From Candidatus Methylomirabilia bacterium (GTDB taxonomy: Bacteria > Methylomirabilota > Methylomirabilia > Rokubacteriales > CSP1-6), in assembly GCA_041492755.1 (NCBI GenBank), contig JBGPXN010000144.1, positions 1 to 11,995 of the forward strand: a stretch of DNA of 11,995 nucleotides, in the 5' to 3' direction. Positions 8,158 through 11,995 of the stretch are shown in pieces; positions within the stretch are counted from its first letter, which is position 1; each line of letters starts with the position of its first letter. The notes under the pieces were generated by a model. The model saw only the letters and a list, made by a program, of their open reading frames with translations. It was not told the DNA's origin and made no database searches. A program made the position numbers and the translations under genes.

Positions 8158-8309
8158 TGTTCAAGATCCCCAAGGACGCGACGTTCCACTTCTGCGTGCC
8201 GCTCGGCTATCCCCGCGGCCGGTTCGGCCCGAACGTGCGCAGACCGACGTCGGAGACGACGTTCCTGAACGAGTGGGGTGGGCGGGTGGCTGGGCGTAGA
8301 GGAGGATGA
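8154..8309 (+). pseudogene. C-terminal remnant of a nitroreductase-family protein
   Basis: MMFKIPKDATFHFCVPLGYPRGRFGPNVRRPTSETTFLNEWG fits the nitroreductase C-terminal pattern IP...(V/I)PLGYP....R.P.....N.W. Only about 50 aa remain, with an ATGA overlap with the globin stop. Confidence 0.65.
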
Positions 8310-8313
8310 AACG

Positions 8314-8339
8314 ACGGGGGCGGCGGGTGCCGCCCCCGT
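8314..8339. terminator. GC-rich hairpin between convergent transcription units; probable terminator of the RRM gene
   Basis: Perfect 11-bp stem ACGGGGGCGGC / GCCGCCCCCGT with loop GGGT. On the - strand it is followed by a short CGTTTCAT tract. Confidence 0.65.
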
Positions 8340-8361
8340 GCCCTATCTGGAGGCGAAGCGC

Positions 8362-8709
8362 TTAGCGCCAGCCGCCCGGCTTGCCACGACCGCCGCCGCC
8401 ACCGCCGCCGCCGAAGCCACCACGACCGCCGCCGCCGCCGAAGCCCCCGCCGCCGCCATTGCTCTTCGGCTTGGCCACCTCGACTCTGAGCTGACGCCCG
8501 TCGAGCTCGCGACCGTTGAGCTGGGATGCGGCCTGGTTGGCCTCTTCAGCCGTGGCCATCTCCACGAAGCCGAAGCCTCGCGACCGACCCGAAAACTGGT
8601 CGGTGACCACGTTGGCCGACACGACCGTCCCGGACTGCGCGAAGAACTCGCGAAGCCCATCGCTGGTCGTGGCGAACGCGATTCCGCCTACGAAAAGTTT
8701 CTGCGCCAT
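8362..8709 (-). CDS. RRM (RNP-1) RNA-binding protein with Gly-rich/RGG tail (Rbp-like)
   Basis: RNP2 KLFVGGI, RNP1 RGFGFVEM, LNGRELDGRQLRV and a Gly-rich C-terminus; AGGAG RBS. Confidence 0.95.
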   Translation of the reverse strand: MAQKLFVGGIAFATTSDGLREFFAQSGTVVSANVVTDQFSGRSRGFGFVEMATAEEANQAASQLNGRELDGRQLRVEVAKPKSNGGGGGFGGGGGRGGFGGGGGGGGRGKPGGWR

Positions 8710-8832
8710 GATCGGCGTCTCCTGTACATCTCCCGCACCGGTGAACGCCTCTGCAGCGCGGAAGAGCTACCGGAGACGTGCCTGACGAGGAAGGACTCGA
8801 ATATGAGCCAGCACCCGAACCAGACAGAGCCT

Positions 8833-8861
8833 ACTCTACACTCCCGCTTCGAGCACGGCAA
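8833..8861 (-). promoter_or_regulatory. Sigma70-like promoter of the RRM gene
   Basis: On the - strand: TTGCCG (8861-8856), 17-nt spacer, TAGAGT (8838-8833). This implies a 5' UTR of about 115 nt. Confidence 0.55.
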
Positions 8862-8864
8862 GCG

Positions 8865-9671
8865 TTAGCGTCGGCGCGTGGTCGGTCGCCAGCGTCGGAG
8901 CTCGGCGATGAGCGCGCGTGCGATGAGGCGCGCGCGCAGCGCCATCGCCCGGCGGCCGGTGGCGGCGCGCGCCATGCGCGGCCAGCCGAAGTAGCCCTGG
9001 CCGTCGGGGTCGATCGTCTCGAACCGCCGGGCGCCCGACGCCAGCGCCGCGCGGAAGTCCACCCACGCCGGTGGCAATCGCCGCGCGATCGCCCGTCGCA
9101 CGAGCGCCGGACGCGCGGCCAGCATCAGCGCCGTCTCGAGCTCTCCCGAGTGCCACTCGAGCTGCGGCCGCGGACTCCGGAGCAGCCGGGTCACCCGCGG
9201 ATTCACCATGGGCGTCGCGCCCCGCGCCTCCGGCGTGAAGCCTCCGATCAGCACCAGGAGCCCGTCGCGGCGGAGCTGGCGGGTGATGGCGCCGAGCGCG
9301 GCGAGATGATCGGGATCGGCCTGATAGTTCGTCAGCACGAAGCGACGGAAGCCGTGGCGCGCGAGCTCGCGCACGATCTCGATCACGACACGCCGGAACA
9401 GGGCGGGTGAGAGCGACACGGTGCCGCTCCAACCGACCGCGAGCGTGCTGACACCGTACGGGAGCGACGGCGCGAGGACCGGTCGGTAGCCGGCACGTTT
9501 CAGGTGTGGCGCGATTCGGCGCGCGAGCTCCTCCGCGCCCAGCCAGTCGACGAGCAGCGGCAGGTGTGGGCCGTGCTGCTCGATGGCGCCGAGCGGAAGC
9601 AGGATCACCGCGCGCACGTCGCGGGCGAGTGCCCCCGCCTCACGGAACGTGCGCTCGGCGAGCCGGATCAC
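8865..9671 (-). CDS. Creatininase-family amidohydrolase with a variant metal site
   Basis: Motifs LPLGAIEQHGPHLP..D, LPYGVS, GTVSL, HSGELET and GYFGWP..A. The usual NxHxxN motif is replaced by NYQADPDH. GTG start. Confidence 0.87.
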   Translation of the reverse strand: MIRLAERTFREAGALARDVRAVILLPLGAIEQHGPHLPLLVDWLGAEELARRIAPHLKRAGYRPVLAPSLPYGVSTLAVGWSGTVSLSPALFRRVVIEIVRELARHGFRRFVLTNYQADPDHLAALGAITRQLRRDGLLVLIGGFTPEARGATPMVNPRVTRLLRSPRPQLEWHSGELETALMLAARPALVRRAIARRLPPAWVDFRAALASGARRFETIDPDGQGYFGWPRMARAATGRRAMALRARLIARALIAELRRWRPTTRRR

Positions 9672-9829
9672 GCGCGTCGCGCTCCGCTCGGCAATGGAGA
9701 GCGCGCCACCCCCGGGAAGTCTCGGGAGCGGGAGGGCGGCGGCGGAACGCTCAACGGCGGGCCCGACGTCACTGGTTCGAAGCGCGGCGGGTCGCCGGCA
9801 CTGACGAGACGCGGAGCCGTCGTTGGCAT
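9668..9829 (-). CDS. Possible small Pro-rich ORF or gene remnant (53 aa) coupled to the creatininase gene
   Basis: ATG 9829 lies 12 nt downstream of a near-consensus -10 (TACAAT, 9847-9842). Its TGA overlaps the creatininase GTG (GTGA). No family is recognisable. Confidence 0.3.
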   Translation of the reverse strand: MPTTAPRLVSAGDPPRFEPVTSGPPLSVPPPPSRSRDFPGVARSPLPSGARRA

Positions 9830-9907
9830 GGTGGCGGCGTCATTGTATCCAACGGACGCCGGCACCAGATCGAACCGGCGATCGTGCGGGGGCCCGGCCG
9901 CCGCCGG

Positions 9908-9938
9908 GCGTCGGGGCGGGTCACACCCGCCCCGACGC
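9908..9938 (-). terminator. Perfect 14-bp hairpin directly after the USP stop codon (terminator or mRNA stabiliser, no U-tract)
   Basis: GCGTCGGGGCGGGT-cac-ACCCGCCCCGACGC. Confidence 0.6.
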
Positions 9939-10366
9939 TAGTGCGGTCGGTAGACGAGGACGGGAACGGTTGCCTTGCGGTGGATCACGTCGTCGACGTG
10001 ACGCCGCGGCAGCCAGCGCCGTCGTGGTGACGCGGTGAGCGCCACGAGGTCGGCGTTCCAGGTCTCGGCCTCGGTCACGATCTCCTCGACGGCGTCGCCG
10101 AAGCGTACGACATGCTCCACGGGCACGTCGGGGACGGTCGCGCCGAGGCTCTCCAGATACTCGTTGCCTTCGGCTTCGAGCCGCGCCATCTCCTGGTCGG
10201 AGTAGGCCACGATGCGCCCGTACTCCGCTCTGACCGGCTCGGGCACGGGCTTCACCGTGAGCAGCCGGATGGTGGATCCTGCGCTGCGCGCGAGGTCGGC
10301 CACGAGGGGCAGCACCTCTGCGCTGGACGGATGGCCGTCCAGGGGGACGAGAATGCGTTTGTTCAA
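9938..10366 (-). CDS. Universal stress protein (UspA family)
   Basis: KRILVPLDG..S, IRLLTV, VRFGDAVEEIVTEAETWNADLVAL and ATVPVLV. TTG start with AAAGGAG RBS. Confidence 0.88.
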   Translation of the reverse strand: MNKRILVPLDGHPSSAEVLPLVADLARSAGSTIRLLTVKPVPEPVRAEYGRIVAYSDQEMARLEAEGNEYLESLGATVPDVPVEHVVRFGDAVEEIVTEAETWNADLVALTASPRRRWLPRRHVDDVIHRKATVPVLVYRPH

Positions 10367-10458
10367 GAGGACTCGCTCCTTTCTCTACTGTGCTCTCTTC
10401 ACTCCGTACGATGCGTGGTGGGGCGGACGGGATTCGCCCGCCCACGGAGGCTGCGGCC

Positions 10459-10500
10459 ATGAATTCCTTCCGTTTCGGCGACGTTACCGTCTCCCGGGTG
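10459..10500 (+). pseudogene. N-terminal stub of a probable MBL-fold metallohydrolase
   Basis: GGAGG RBS followed by MNSFRFGDVTVSRV, resembling the 'F.xGDVTVxRV.E' start of MBL-fold hydrolases. The sense is lost at 10501. A -10-like TACGAT lies at 10407-10412. Confidence 0.4.
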
Positions 10501-10501
10501 G

Positions 10502-10849
10502 CAAGCGGCCTTCGCCACCGAGAGCAAGGAGCATTGGCTGGAGCGACTGGAGGAGGCGGGTGTGCCGTGCGCGCCGCTGCTCACGGTTCCCGAAGTCCTC
10601 GCCGAGCCGCAGACGCACGCGCTCGGCATGCTCGAGAAGGGACCGGAGACCGGCGTGCCGCTCATGAACTTACCGCTGTCGATCGACGGACGGCGACCCG
10701 AGCTCCGCCGCCGGCCCCCACGTCTGGGCGAGCACAACGAGGAGATCCTGACCGGCGATCGCGGCGGTGCCGGGACCCGTGATCGCGGGGTACGGAACGG
10801 CGTTGCCCTCCCTGATGATGGCGGTGCACAGAGGAAGGGCACCCAGTGA
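10502..10849 (+). pseudogene. C-terminal remnant of a family III CoA-transferase (CaiB/BaiF)
   Basis: QAAFATESKEHWLERLEEAGVPCAPLLTVPEVLAEPQTHALGML...LPLSIDGRRP...PPRLGEHNEEIL contains the hallmark W...L..AGVPCAP and PPxLGEH..EIL motifs. The N-terminal majority of the protein is missing. Confidence 0.8.
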
Positions 10850-10851
10850 GC

Positions 10852-10896
10852 TAAGTGGCTGTTATCTCGTTCAACGCGCCCGGCATATCGGTTGCA
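10852..10896 (+). promoter_or_regulatory. Sigma54 (-24/-12) promoter with upstream IHF-like site
   Basis: CGGCATATCGGTTGCA (10881-10896) has exact GG-N10-GC spacing and TTGCA. The reverse-strand TAACAGCCACTTA (10852-10864) matches WATCAANNNNTTR with 2 mismatches. Confidence 0.6.
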
Positions 10897-10928
10897 GACC
10901 TGGCGTACTTCTCTCACTCCACCTGGAG

Positions 10929-11147
10929 GTGCTTATTTGCCGCTGCGCTTGGCACCCTGGGTACTTCGGCCATCCACGCTGGAACGGCGTGGTGTCCTGG
11001 AAGGGTTGGGCCGTTCGGTTCACCGACGGCATCTGCGCTCGCTGCCTCGAGCGATTCCGCGCGACGCATCGCGACGTCCTCGAACGGCGGAAGAAGCCGG
11101 CCCGGTCGCCGGACGCTGAAACTCCGGAAACCGCCCGCATCGCCTGA
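10929..11147 (+). CDS. Small hypothetical protein with putative metal-binding CAWH...GICxxC motif (72 aa)
   Basis: VLICRCAWHPGYFGHPRWNGVVSWKGWAVRFTDGICARCLERFR. It lies downstream of the sigma54-like promoter. The GTG 10929 start is uncertain because the RBS-like GGAG is immediately adjacent. Confidence 0.6.
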   Translation: MLICRCAWHPGYFGHPRWNGVVSWKGWAVRFTDGICARCLERFRATHRDVLERRKKPARSPDAETPETARIA

Positions 11148-11148
11148 C

Positions 11149-11586
11149 TCAGGCCGCGCGGCCCAGTCCTCGGATGCACGCGTGCGCCTGCACGATGCGT
11201 GCGAGTTGACGCTCGATCATCGGGCGAACCGGCGGGGTCAGGTCACCGGCGAGCGCGGATTCGTACGCCTGGCGCGCCGAGTCCTCACCGCGCGCGCACT
11301 CCGTGACGATCGCATCGTCGTCCACCGGCCGAACCGTGGAGCGCATGCCCATCCACCCGCGGTGCAGCGAGCCGAGCACGCTGCCCGACTGAGCGGGTTC
11401 GCCGCCTAGACGCTCCATCTCCGCCGCGAGCTCGGCCGCGAAATCCCGCCGCTGGTTCGCGTACGTGTCGAAGAGCCGGCGCAGCTCCGGCGTCTCCACG
11501 TGCTGCGCTGCCGTCCGAAACCCTTGCTCCCCGTCGCGACACGTCTGGATCAAATCGTTGAGCGTGGTAAAGGTCGCGTTCGTCAT
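11149..11586 (-). CDS. PA2169 family / DUF2383 ferritin-like four-helix-bundle protein
   Basis: LNDLIQTCRDGEQGFRTAA, QRRDFAAEL, LGGEP..SGS..G.LHRGW, ECARGED.A..AYE.AL and terminal AH..IR motifs. Confidence 0.9.
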   Translation of the reverse strand: MTNATFTTLNDLIQTCRDGEQGFRTAAQHVETPELRRLFDTYANQRRDFAAELAAEMERLGGEPAQSGSVLGSLHRGWMGMRSTVRPVDDDAIVTECARGEDSARQAYESALAGDLTPPVRPMIERQLARIVQAHACIRGLGRAA

Positions 11587-11601
11587 GTTGCGCGTGGGGG
11601 A

Positions 11602-11632
11602 ATCGTGGGGAGCCAGCGGCGCTCCCCCCGAT
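11602..11632. other. Intergenic hairpin upstream of the DUF2383 gene
   Basis: ATCG-T-GGGGAGC, 7-nt loop, GCTCCCC-C-CGAT. Confidence 0.45.
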
Positions 11633-11645
11633 CGCTGACCCGTGA

Positions 11646-11995
11646 CTAGAGCCCGAGGCGCTTCATGCAGTCCCGGTAGGCCTGCTGGTAGGCTTGGTCG
11701 CTCTGACCGGCAGCGGCCATACCTTGCAGCTGCGCATCCGCGCCCGACGCGCTGGCGCCGCTACCGCCCGAGATGCCGGAGGTCGTGCCAGGGGAGCTGG
11801 ACGACATTCCGCCGCTTGCGCCCGAAGTGGACCCGCCCGAGCCCGCGCCGGTGCTGGCGGAGCCGGCCGCGCCCGGGGTGGAGGACGAGGAGGAGCTACC
11901 GGGCGACGACGCGCTGGGCGCGCCGGAGGTGCCGCCCGCGCCGCTCGGTGAGGCGGACGGACTGGTGATTCGCGCCTGCGCCTCGCGATTACACG
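11646..11995 (-). CDS. Partial (start outside window) Gly/Ser-rich protein with two Cys-bearing helices, probably secreted
   Basis: Not in the ORF track. The open - frame reads CNREAQARITSPSASPSGAGGTSGAPSASSPGSSSSSSTPGAAGSASTGAGSGGSTSGASGGMSSSSPGTTSGISGGSGASASGADAQLQGMAAAGQSDQAYQQAYRDCMKRLGL* (TAG 11648-11646). Confidence 0.75.
   Translation of the reverse strand, partial: CNREAQARITSPSASPSGAGGTSGAPSASSPGSSSSSSTPGAAGSASTGAGSGGSTSGASGGMSSSSPGTTSGISGGSGASASGADAQLQGMAAAGQSDQAYQQAYRDCMKRLGL

Noticed and set aside
8385..8460. (CCG)n-rich tandem repeats
   Set aside because: They encode the Gly-rich tail of the RRM protein. There are no spacers, so this is not a CRISPR array or independent repeat.
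8278..8868. 196-aa + strand ORF with AT/AAA repeats
   Set aside because: Antisense to the RRM gene and its UTR.
10418..10445. Imperfect hairpin GTGGGGCGGACG/CGCCCGCCCAC; possible REP-like family with the 8314, 9908 and 11602 hairpins
   Set aside because: The hairpins share only G/C runs, not a common sequence. This is insufficient for a repeat family.
10800..10845. Possible NtrC-type enhancer (GGTGCAC, TGCCCT/AGGGCA) upstream of the sigma54 site
   Set aside because: Only half-sites are present, and the spacing does not match TGCAC-N7-GTGCA.
11642..11968. + strand ORFs 11642..11968 and 11694..11951
   Set aside because: Shadows of the - strand Gly/Ser-rich CDS.

Overview
Very GC-rich bacterial window. 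The gene repertoire and style resemble Ca. Rokubacteria/Methylomirabilota, but that assignment is an inference. The core is a tightly coupled + strand signalling operon (2919-8157). It encodes a membrane hybrid histidine kinase (helical sensor-HAMP-HisKA-HATPase-REC-REC), a DivK-like single-domain receiver, a DHp/pseudo-DHp-REC-class III nucleotide cyclase with non-canonical base-specifying residues, and a stand-alone protoglobin-type globin. Flanking genes are: the end of another receiver-containing gene plus a single-domain receiver, an O-methyltransferase divergent from a TfdA-like dioxygenase, a Gly-rich RRM protein with a long structured 5' UTR, an atypical creatininase-family protein, a USP, a small Cys/His protein behind a candidate sigma54/IHF promoter, a PA2169/DUF2383 protein and a partial Gly/Ser-rich two-Cys protein. 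Four gene remnants or deletion scars lie between intact modules: TctC/Bug, caspase-Sel1, nitroreductase and MBL/CaiB. No rRNA, tRNA, CRISPR array or mobile element was seen.
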